This document shows, piece after piece, positions 17,569 to 25,315 of a stretch of 64,000 nucleotides of DNA (the stretch's first letter is position 1; the number at the start of each line of letters is the position of its first letter). This DNA comes from Oscillospiraceae bacterium (lineage in GTDB: Bacteria; Bacteroidota; Bacteroidia; Bacteroidales; WCHB1-69). Location of the stretch: the NCBI GenBank assembly GCA_963620035.1, contig CAVEXN010000011.1:149-64148 (forward strand). The letters are read 5' to 3'. Under the pieces are notes generated by a model. It saw only the letters and a program-made list of their open reading frames with translations. It did no database searches and was not told where the DNA came from. Made by a program: the position numbers and the translations under genes.

Positions 17569-18867
17569 ATGCAAAACTTAGACCGAACCACACCTCCCCC
17601 GCTCCACCCCATCACAGACCTCCGGCTCACCGCCCCGCGGCAACGGACACTGGCGAACGGCATCCCGACATTCCTCTTCGACAACAACCAACTGGAACTC
17701 ATCCACATTATAGTCTCCCTACGCACCGGAATCCTCTATGAACAGACCAAGCACACCGCCCTTTTCGCATTTGCACTCCTGAAAGAGAGTTCACCCGACC
17801 GCACTTCCGAGGAGATGTCTGCGTTCATGGACTTCTACGGGGCCTATCTCACCGTGTCCGAGACCCTCGACAAAACAACGATGCTCCTCACCGTGCCCAA
17901 GCGCAATGTGTCGGCCGTATTGCCGGCGGTGTTCCGTTGCATGACCTCACCACATTACCGGGAGGAGAACCTCGAACGTTACAAATCACTCAAAATCAAA
18001 GACCTCGAATACAACTCACAAAAAAGCGACGTGCGCAACACCCAACTGATGCTCCATTCCATGTTCGGCGGCAGGCATACGGCCGGACAGATCTCTACGC
18101 GCGAGAATATTCAAGCCGTCACGTTACGAGACATTGAAGCGTTTCACCGCAACACTTTTTGCGCCGAGAACCTGAGCCTCCTCGTCACCGGGAATTTAGA
18201 CGGCACCGAAGCGTGCATCTGCGACCTGTTTGCCCAAGTTTGTCATGGGCAAGCGGCATCGCCGTTGACATACATCCCGATGCCCGCCGACCGCACACCT
18301 GTCATTGCCGAAGAGATGCCGGGATGCGTACAGTCGTCCATCACGCTCTGTATGCCGTGCTTTGGCTATACGCACCCCGACCGGCAGGGGTTCTCTATCC
18401 TCTCCACCGTGTTGGGCGGCTATTTCGGCTCACGGCTGATGCAGAACCTCAGAGAACGTAACGGCTACACCTACGGTGTGTCGGCCGGTTCCGTTTATTT
18501 CGGCAGCCAGTCGCTGTTCATCATCAACAGCGATGTCAATGCGGAGCACACCCGAGATGCCCTCGATGCTTGTCTCGAAGAGACAGAACGTCTGCGGCAG
18601 TTGCCTATAGGCGGCGAAGAACTGGAAGCTGCCCGCAACTATCTTTTGGGCGAGATGCTCCGTAGTGTTGACAATTCCGTTTCCTACTCCAAAAAATACA
18701 CATTCTGGCATCATCATGGCACCGACGAGCGCGAGTTTACCGAAACCATCCGCCTGATTCGGAGCATCACGCCAGAACAGTTGCAGACTTTAGCACAAAA
18801 GTATTTCGGATGCAATAAATTCACGAGGATCGTCGTTGGAAGAACCGACAACCTGCAATCGCTATGA
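17569..18867 (+). CDS. M16 (pitrilysin/insulinase) family protein lacking the HxxEH zinc motif (probable pseudopeptidase)
   Basis: Trimmed to MQNLDR. M16 two-domain length (432 aa) with LPNG-like LANGIPTF and a C-terminal R/Y region (LRERNGYTYGVSA). No HxxEH anywhere in the translation: the homologous position reads KHTALFAFALLKE. Confidence 0.7.
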   Translation: MQNLDRTTPPPLHPITDLRLTAPRQRTLANGIPTFLFDNNQLELIHIIVSLRTGILYEQTKHTALFAFALLKESSPDRTSEEMSAFMDFYGAYLTVSETLDKTTMLLTVPKRNVSAVLPAVFRCMTSPHYREENLERYKSLKIKDLEYNSQKSDVRNTQLMLHSMFGGRHTAGQISTRENIQAVTLRDIEAFHRNTFCAENLSLLVTGNLDGTEACICDLFAQVCHGQAASPLTYIPMPADRTPVIAEEMPGCVQSSITLCMPCFGYTHPDRQGFSILSTVLGGYFGSRLMQNLRERNGYTYGVSAGSVYFGSQSLFIINSDVNAEHTRDALDACLEETERLRQLPIGGEELEAARNYLLGEMLRSVDNSVSYSKKYTFWHHHGTDEREFTETIRLIRSITPEQLQTLAQKYFGCNKFTRIVVGRTDNLQSL

Positions 18868-20951
18868 AGAGAACACTCGCCATTATAGGACTTCTGCTTT
18901 CCATGACGGGGGTTTTTGCCGTAGAACCGCCCATTCTTCAGTGCATAAAGCCCGTGACAAACAACACGCAACTTGAAATCTCGTGGACCTGGGACAATCC
19001 GGGAAACATCGGTTCCGACATCTACGACATCTACATCAACGGCACAAAAGCCGCCACGCTCAACCAGTCGGCAGCCGTGATTGTCGGCAACACGCGGATC
19101 GCGCTCACCTCCACGGCAGAGACATACTCGTGTCACATCATCGCCAAAAACAGCAGCGGCACCGACAGCGTAATGTCGAACACGCTGACCACATTGAGTC
19201 TCACCGTCACCCCGCGCACCATTGACGGCCGCGACAGCAGCGGCGCACTCCTTATCTGGCCCGCCCTCACCGACGGCACTATGAGCGCATCGTGGGACTC
19301 TTGCTACTGCGTATATAAGAAGAGAGAATTTGAAGAGGACTTCGACTACCGGTCGCCCGTGGCCTCCATCCCATTCTCCAACACCGCCCCCTCGTATCTT
19401 GACACTTCAGACGTGTGCAACCGCAATATCTCCTACCAGATTGGCATCACCAACCATATCAGCACGTCAGGCAGCAATGCCTGCTACTTCACATCGAAAA
19501 TCAAAAACATCAAACTCTACGACAACATAAAGCCTTATGTGCCGACACTCGACAGTGTTTCGGTTACAGAAGAGAACACGGTATTGTTAGGGTTCCACAC
19601 TGCCGAACCTTATATGTGGGCGTATATCGTCTATCAGGACGACGGCATCGGCGGCGGCGAATGTCTGGACACGGTCTTCAACGCCACGCAATGGATTGAC
19701 CACGGGATCAACCCCTCCGCAGAACAGCGCGGATACAAGATCGCCGTCCTCGACTCCTGCAACAACTGCTCCAATATGACCGAAGAACCGCAGTCGAACA
19801 TGGTGCTGGCCTCGCCTGCCACGGATGCCTGCCGCAAGAGTGCACAGCTGCATTGGGGACGATATGCCAACCTGACGGGCGGTCTTCTGGAGTACCGTAT
19901 TTTCCTCAGCACGGACGGCGGTGCCACATACCGTCACGCCGGCAACGCTGCAACGCCGGATTTCACACTCGAAAACCTTGAAACCGGCATCGAATACCGT
20001 GCTTTCGTTCGCGCCGTAAACCAAGACAGCAGCATCACTGCAAGCAGCAACCGCGTAAACTTCCGCATCGAAAATGAAGACACCCCCGACGAGACCTACA
20101 TACGCTCCGTATCCGTCACCGACAATGCCTACATCACCGTCAAGGTGCATACTTCAGGTGATGAATATCCGTTCGAGAAACTGGTGCTGCAACGAAGCGT
20201 TGACGGCATCAACTTCACGTCCCACGCCGAACTGCCCTACAATAATGGGACCGAATATGAGTTCAAGGACACCACTGCCGACTTCGCCTCGAAAATCTAC
20301 TACTACCGCACTTGTATCATCAGCGGCGACTGCGGCATAGAATCCGGCATCTCCAACATCTCGCACAACATCCTGCTTTCAGGCACAACAGACGCCGCAC
20401 ACCAATGCAACCTCGAATGGCAAGGCTATGAGGGATGGGACGGTGAAGTAAGCCATTACGAAGTGCTGCTGAGAACCGAATACGAGGACAGTTTCCTGCA
20501 ACTGACGGGAGACCTTCCTCCACTGCCCCACAACGCATACACCGACGACGTGTCCGAGATGTCAGAAACCGGATCCAAGTTCACCTACTGCATCGTTGCA
20601 AGAGAAACCCCCGACAACTTCGGTTTTGAAGAGAGCAGTGTTTCCAACCATGTCACCTTACAGCAAGCATCCACCATCATCATGGCCAACGCCTTCACTC
20701 CCAACTATGACGGCCTTAATGAAGTTTTCAGGCCCATGAACGCCTTCGTATCCAGCGAACACTATGTTTTCACCATCCTTTCGAGGTTCGGTAAGACGGT
20801 ATTCCGTACGAATGACCCCACAGCAGGCTGGGACGGAAACAATATGGACGGCTCCCATGCTCCGGCAGGGGTATATGTTTACATCATCGACTATATGGAT
20901 GCGCAAGGTGGCATAAAGCAACTCAGAGGCAGCGTCACCCTGCTGCGATAG
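18864..20951 (+). CDS. large secreted FN3/Ig-like repeat protein with T9SS type B sorting domain
   Basis: ATGA overlap with the upstream stop. Signal peptide MKRTLAIIGLLLSMTGVFA. Several FN3-like segments (for example LHWGRYANLTGGLLEYRIFLSTDGGATYRHAG...GIEYRAFVRAVN). C-terminus MANAFTPNYDGLNEVFRP...AGWDGN...PAGVYVYIIDY...GSVTLLR. Confidence 0.75.
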   Translation: MKRTLAIIGLLLSMTGVFAVEPPILQCIKPVTNNTQLEISWTWDNPGNIGSDIYDIYINGTKAATLNQSAAVIVGNTRIALTSTAETYSCHIIAKNSSGTDSVMSNTLTTLSLTVTPRTIDGRDSSGALLIWPALTDGTMSASWDSCYCVYKKREFEEDFDYRSPVASIPFSNTAPSYLDTSDVCNRNISYQIGITNHISTSGSNACYFTSKIKNIKLYDNIKPYVPTLDSVSVTEENTVLLGFHTAEPYMWAYIVYQDDGIGGGECLDTVFNATQWIDHGINPSAEQRGYKIAVLDSCNNCSNMTEEPQSNMVLASPATDACRKSAQLHWGRYANLTGGLLEYRIFLSTDGGATYRHAGNAATPDFTLENLETGIEYRAFVRAVNQDSSITASSNRVNFRIENEDTPDETYIRSVSVTDNAYITVKVHTSGDEYPFEKLVLQRSVDGINFTSHAELPYNNGTEYEFKDTTADFASKIYYYRTCIISGDCGIESGISNISHNILLSGTTDAAHQCNLEWQGYEGWDGEVSHYEVLLRTEYEDSFLQLTGDLPPLPHNAYTDDVSEMSETGSKFTYCIVARETPDNFGFEESSVSNHVTLQQASTIIMANAFTPNYDGLNEVFRPMNAFVSSEHYVFTILSRFGKTVFRTNDPTAGWDGNNMDGSHAPAGVYVYIIDYMDAQGGIKQLRGSVTLLR

Positions 20952-20957
20952 GCTCCC

Positions 20958-22031
20958 CTATCTCACCTTTATTTTCTGCCCGACAGAGAGGATGCTCGTC
21001 TCCTTTATTCTGTTAAGTTTGCACAACTCTGACACCGTGGTGTGATAACGGCGTGCAATAGCCGACAACGTGTCACCTTGCTTCACCTTGTGGTACTGCG
21101 GTGCAGGGGAAAGTCCCGTGCCGTCACTTTGCGATGCGACGGTTTTGCCTGTTTTGGCAGAATCAAGTGTATCAGGACTGCTCTTGTCGGAAGAATCGGT
21201 GACAATGAGTTTATTGGGTTCCATGACAATAATGGTATTGGCCTTACGGTCTATATTCTGATACGCCGTATTCAGCGTGGCTACCGATATGGGAATGTCT
21301 TTGTTGACAATCCGCGGCATATCGGCCTTAGAGTGGCTGAAGAGCCATTCGTATGTCTGCGGCAGATAGAACATCTTGGCCAATTGGCCGTGGTTGACGC
21401 CTTTCAACTTGTCGAAGCGGAGCAAGTCGGTATCCCCGCAGTTTTTCATGTCATTCACGATGCGCTGTGAGCAGGACACGGACACGGCGCGGTCGGCGGT
21501 TCCGTGTATGATCCAAAGCGGCACGCGGTTGAGACCGCAATGGCTTTTTAGGTTGCTGCCGCCGCACAGCGCCATAGCCGCCGCACAGCGCTCGGGATAG
21601 GTTGCCACATACTCGAACGTGCCATAGCCGCCGAGACTCATGCCGATCACATAGATGCGGTTGGTGTCCATATCATAATGGGCCTGAACCCAATCGAGCA
21701 CATTGTTGATCTTGAGCGGTTTCCAGGGGCCGCCGGGGTTCTGAGGAGCCACAATCAGCGCATTGATGGTTCTTCCCATCGACAATGCGTCCAGACAACC
21801 GTATTTGCGAACCCTGTTCAGGTCGTTGCCGCACAGACTATTGCCGTGCAGGAAAAGCACTACCGGGGTCTTCTCTTTTGTCTCCTCATATGTGTCCGGC
21901 ACTGAAAGCCAGAAATTGTAGCCGTTCTCGACAACTCTTCGATGTGCTATCAGTTCGTACTCCTTTTGGGAGAATGTCATCAAACTCGGCAGTAGCAGTA
22001 TGAACAACAGCAGTATCTTGTTTCTTTTCAT
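20958..22031 (-). CDS. secreted alpha/beta-hydrolase (esterase/peptidase S9-like) fused to a C-terminal LysM domain
   Basis: Signal peptide ...PSLMTFS|Q. Nucleophile elbow GMSLGG, Asp (HGTADRAV) and His (GVNHGQL). C-terminal LysM YHKVKQGDTLSAIARRYHTTVSELCKLNRIKETSILSVGQKIKV. Confidence 0.75.
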   Translation of the reverse strand: MKRNKILLLFILLLPSLMTFSQKEYELIAHRRVVENGYNFWLSVPDTYEETKEKTPVVLFLHGNSLCGNDLNRVRKYGCLDALSMGRTINALIVAPQNPGGPWKPLKINNVLDWVQAHYDMDTNRIYVIGMSLGGYGTFEYVATYPERCAAAMALCGGSNLKSHCGLNRVPLWIIHGTADRAVSVSCSQRIVNDMKNCGDTDLLRFDKLKGVNHGQLAKMFYLPQTYEWLFSHSKADMPRIVNKDIPISVATLNTAYQNIDRKANTIIVMEPNKLIVTDSSDKSSPDTLDSAKTGKTVASQSDGTGLSPAPQYHKVKQGDTLSAIARRYHTTVSELCKLNRIKETSILSVGQKIKVR

Positions 22032-22042
22032 TCTTTTCTATT

Positions 22043-22609
22043 TCAAGTTCTTAGGTTCACGGCTTCGCAAAGCTGCCGGTACCACTCCTTGCCGAATCTT
22101 TGCTCGAGCGGGGCCTTGAGAAAACGGTAAATGGGCAGCGACAGTTCTTTTCCTTTTCGGCAGGCGGAGGCGCAGATATTCCAATGGTGGTAGTTCAGCG
22201 CAATGTATTTGCCTACTTTGCTCTCCCTTGCAGGATAAAGAAAGCACGAAACCGGTTTCCGGAACGGGATTTCGCCTTTCAGGAAAGCCGTTTCTATGGC
22301 GCATTTGCAGATGCCGTCTTCAAAGAACGAAAACGCACAGGCTGCGTCGTGCGGCATCAGCGGGGTTGCAAATTCCCCTTTGTCAAAAACGAAAGTGTCG
22401 CCGTTCTGCTCTATCACGGCAACACCTTCGCGGGTCATGTATTTTCTGAATATCGGGTAGTTCTCGTCCAGGTCTGCGGGTTCTTCCGGGGTCAGCGGTG
22501 CGCCGGCGTCGCCCTCCACACAGCACGTTCCCAGGCACTCCGACAAGTCACAGCAGAAGCACTTGTCAACAATTTCGTCCGATACGAGAACATTCCCTAC
22601 AATGAGCAT
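22043..22609 (-). CDS. DUF3109 family Cys-rich protein
   Basis: The N-terminus SDEIVDKCFCCDLSECLGTCCVEGDAGAPL is the hallmark of this family. 188 aa. Confidence 0.7.
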   Translation of the reverse strand: MLIVGNVLVSDEIVDKCFCCDLSECLGTCCVEGDAGAPLTPEEPADLDENYPIFRKYMTREGVAVIEQNGDTFVFDKGEFATPLMPHDAACAFSFFEDGICKCAIETAFLKGEIPFRKPVSCFLYPARESKVGKYIALNYHHWNICASACRKGKELSLPIYRFLKAPLEQRFGKEWYRQLCEAVNLRT

Positions 22610-22614
22610 TCTTC

Positions 22615-23991
22615 TTATTTAAGGCGTTTGAACTGACAGGTGAAATGGCGCATCAGTTCTGCTTCCCAAGTGATTTCGAGACCACGCTTGATGCTTTCGC
22701 GGCGGTCGTACACGTTCTTGAGAGATGCGGCGATCACATCCATGTGGTTGTTCGTGTAAACGCGTCTCGGAATGCAAAGACGTACGAAGTCAAGTCCACC
22801 GAAACGGTTCTCGCGCGTCACGGGGTCTCTGTCTGCCAACACATAGCCGATTTCGCATGCGCGGATACCCGACTCGAGGTAAAGTTCGCAGGTAAGTGTC
22901 TGTGCGGGGAACTCCTCTTTTGGCACGTGGGTCAAGACCTTGTCAGCATCCACAAAGATGGCATGTCCGCCGGCAGGGCGTTGGTAAGGGATGCCGTACT
23001 CGTCAAGTTTGCCGGCAAGGTACGCCACTTGCTTTATGCGGGTCTCCACCATCGTGAACTCCAGGTTCTCGCGCAAGCCCACGGCCAGAGCATCCATATC
23101 GCGTCCGTTCATACCGCCATAGGTCAGAAAGCCCTCGAACGGTATGCAGAACATCTTGGCACCCTCGTACCATTCTTTCTTTCTTGTTGCGATGAAACCG
23201 CCCATATTCACCAAACCGTCTTTCTTGGCTGACATCGTCATGCCGTCGGCATAACTGAACATCTCCTTGGCGATCTCGGCCAGCGTCTTGTTCTCGTATC
23301 CTTTTTCGCGAGTCTTGATGAAATAGGAGTTCTCAATAAAGCGGGCAGAGTCGATATTGACGGGCACACCGTATTTGTGGCAGAGTTCGCATGTCTCGCG
23401 GATGTTCTCCATACTGACCGGCTGGCCGCCTACAGTGTTGTTCGTGACCGTCAGAACCATAAACGGCACATTGCCCTTGTTCTCTTTCAACACCTTCTCG
23501 AGTTTCTCAAGGCTTACATTTCCCTTGAACGGCATTTCAAGCTGAGTGTCGTGTGCTTCATCGCAGGTGACATCAATGGCGAAGGCCTTGCGGCTTTCGA
23601 TGTGACCCTTCGTGGTGTCAAAATGGGCGTTGCCCGGCACAATGTTGCCCGGCTTCACCAGATAAGAGAACAGCACATTCTCGGCGGCACGACCTTGATG
23701 TGTCGGTATCACATAATCGAATCCTGTGATGTCGGTTATCGTGTCTTTCATATGGGTAAAACTGCGTGCCCCGGCATAACTCTCGTCGCCCATCATCATG
23801 GCAGCCCATTGACGGTCGCTCATGGCGCCGGTTCCGGAATCTGTACATAGGTCGATATAGACTTGGTCTGACTTCAGCATAAAAATGTTGTTGTAGGCTT
23901 CAGCAAGCCACTTCTCACGCTCTTCTCTTGTGGACTTCTTGATGGGTTCTACCATCTTGATTTTCCAAGCTTCTGCAAAAGGTATTTCCAT
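22615..23991 (-). CDS. tnaA: tryptophanase (beta-eliminating lyase family; tyrosine phenol-lyase not excluded)
   Basis: Trimmed to MEIPFAEAWKIKMVEPIKKSTREERE (459 aa). Motifs DLCTDSGTGAMSDRQWAAMMMGDESYAGARSF and the PLP-lysine region MSAKKDGLVNMGGF. Confidence 0.8.
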   Translation of the reverse strand: MEIPFAEAWKIKMVEPIKKSTREEREKWLAEAYNNIFMLKSDQVYIDLCTDSGTGAMSDRQWAAMMMGDESYAGARSFTHMKDTITDITGFDYVIPTHQGRAAENVLFSYLVKPGNIVPGNAHFDTTKGHIESRKAFAIDVTCDEAHDTQLEMPFKGNVSLEKLEKVLKENKGNVPFMVLTVTNNTVGGQPVSMENIRETCELCHKYGVPVNIDSARFIENSYFIKTREKGYENKTLAEIAKEMFSYADGMTMSAKKDGLVNMGGFIATRKKEWYEGAKMFCIPFEGFLTYGGMNGRDMDALAVGLRENLEFTMVETRIKQVAYLAGKLDEYGIPYQRPAGGHAIFVDADKVLTHVPKEEFPAQTLTCELYLESGIRACEIGYVLADRDPVTRENRFGGLDFVRLCIPRRVYTNNHMDVIAASLKNVYDRRESIKRGLEITWEAELMRHFTCQFKRLK

Positions 23992-24025
23992 ATTTTTTGA
24001 TTTTATTTTGATTGTTTTTTGTGGA

Positions 24026-24613
24026 TTATTTCTGGTCGAAATTCTCAGTGCGCACCAACTTTTCTTTCTCATCATAAAACTTCCATACGCCGATGCGCCT
24101 GCCCTCCTTGTACTGGCCGGTGTAATAGACGTTGCCGTTCTCGTAATACACGGCATAAAGACCGTCGGGAAGTCCGTTCCGGTAGTGGGCCATCGTCTGT
24201 ACTTTGCCGTTCTTATGGTATGCATACCAAAGCCCGTCGCGTTCGTTGTTCTTTATGTTGCCGTCGATATAGACTTTCTCTTCAGGATAATAATGTGTCT
24301 CGTGTACCTTCACGTTCGTAGGCTGTCCAAGGCTGTCCTTTTCGTAATAGAACACATCGCGAGGCTGTTCGTTCTCATAGGTTACGATGTCTTTCTTGTA
24401 ATACAGCGAGTCGGCAAACTCTACGGGTGGGAAGACATGCAAAGCGGCCAATTCCCCGGAATAATTCTCCTCGGATGTCTTGTTCTCGGCAGCATTTCGC
24501 GACACAAGTGCGACAATCAGCCATATCAGAAGCGCAAGTGCCACGACTGCCGCAACGACAATCGCGGTGACTGACCGTTTTCTCTTTTTCGGACCTGTCT
24601 GTTCTGTTGTCAT
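24026..24613 (-). CDS. membrane-anchored MORN-repeat (YwqK-like) protein
   Basis: N-terminal TM (AIVVAAVVALALLIWLIVALV), then repeats of the GxWxxYYxNG type (DGLWYAYHKNGKV, DGLYAVYYENGNV, IGVWKFYDEKEKL). Confidence 0.7.
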   Translation of the reverse strand: MTTEQTGPKKRKRSVTAIVVAAVVALALLIWLIVALVSRNAAENKTSEENYSGELAALHVFPPVEFADSLYYKKDIVTYENEQPRDVFYYEKDSLGQPTNVKVHETHYYPEEKVYIDGNIKNNERDGLWYAYHKNGKVQTMAHYRNGLPDGLYAVYYENGNVYYTGQYKEGRRIGVWKFYDEKEKLVRTENFDQK

Positions 24614-25293
24614 TTCTTCTTTTTCTTAAAAGGCTTGTTCAGTTCGTCGAGCACCTCGGCGGTAATGTCCTTTGTGGGGTCGGCGCAAATCATCTGTCCG
24701 CCGTTGCCGTATGAGAACACAAACGAGGCGTTGTATTTTGCGTTCACACGAAGTGCGGCCGCCTTGAGCGAATCGGCGATCTGGCTCATGGCTGCGGCAT
24801 AGCGGGCCTCGATCGACTCCACGGCCTGAGCATAATCGCTCTGCAAGGACTGACTCTCCTGCTGAAGGGAAGCCTCTGCATACTGTGCCTGCTGAGCCGT
24901 AAGCTGTCCGGTCTGCACATTTCGCTGGTAGTTGGCAAATTTCGTCTCCAACGTTTTCTGGCGGTTCTGGAAAAGAACAGACTGTTTCTGTTTTTCCGCC
25001 TCTATGCTGTCCGTCAGCAACGAAACCATCTCATATCCCGTATTGATGGAGTCGATGTTCACGTAAACGATGTCTCCATTTCCGGGCGTGACATTCACGG
25101 CAACAGCATTGTTCGACTTCTTGCCTCCGGTGAAATGCAATATGAACAGCACGACCACAGCAGCAAGCGTGATCACATGGCAAATGATACCGACCTTGCA
25201 ACCGCACTTGCACCTTTCCGTACGGCACGTTTTCTCTTCTGTCTCCATAACAGGATCCTTCTCCTGTGCTTGATTCTCTTGATAATTGTCCAT
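24610..25293 (-). CDS. OmpH/Skp-like protein with a Cys-rich N-terminal segment and TM anchor
   Basis: Gln-rich coiled coil (QKQSVLFQNRQKTLETKFANYQRNVQTGQLTAQQAQYAEASLQQESQSLQ) typical of OmpH/Skp. The N-terminus CRTERCKCGCKVGIICHVITLAAVVVLFILHF replaces a cleavable signal peptide. Confidence 0.6.
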   Translation of the reverse strand: MDNYQENQAQEKDPVMETEEKTCRTERCKCGCKVGIICHVITLAAVVVLFILHFTGGKKSNNAVAVNVTPGNGDIVYVNIDSINTGYEMVSLLTDSIEAEKQKQSVLFQNRQKTLETKFANYQRNVQTGQLTAQQAQYAEASLQQESQSLQSDYAQAVESIEARYAAAMSQIADSLKAAALRVNAKYNASFVFSYGNGGQMICADPTKDITAEVLDELNKPFKKKKK

Positions 25294-25315
25294 ATAATTC
25301 GTTATTGTAAATAAA

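Noticed and set aside
20947-20962. A 6-bp stem hairpin (GATAGG ctcc CCTATC) that contains the stop codons of both convergent genes, 18864..20951 and 20958..22031.
   Set aside because: The stem is short and has no U-tract on either side. It could be a fortuitous consequence of two TAG stops facing each other, so it is not called as a terminator.
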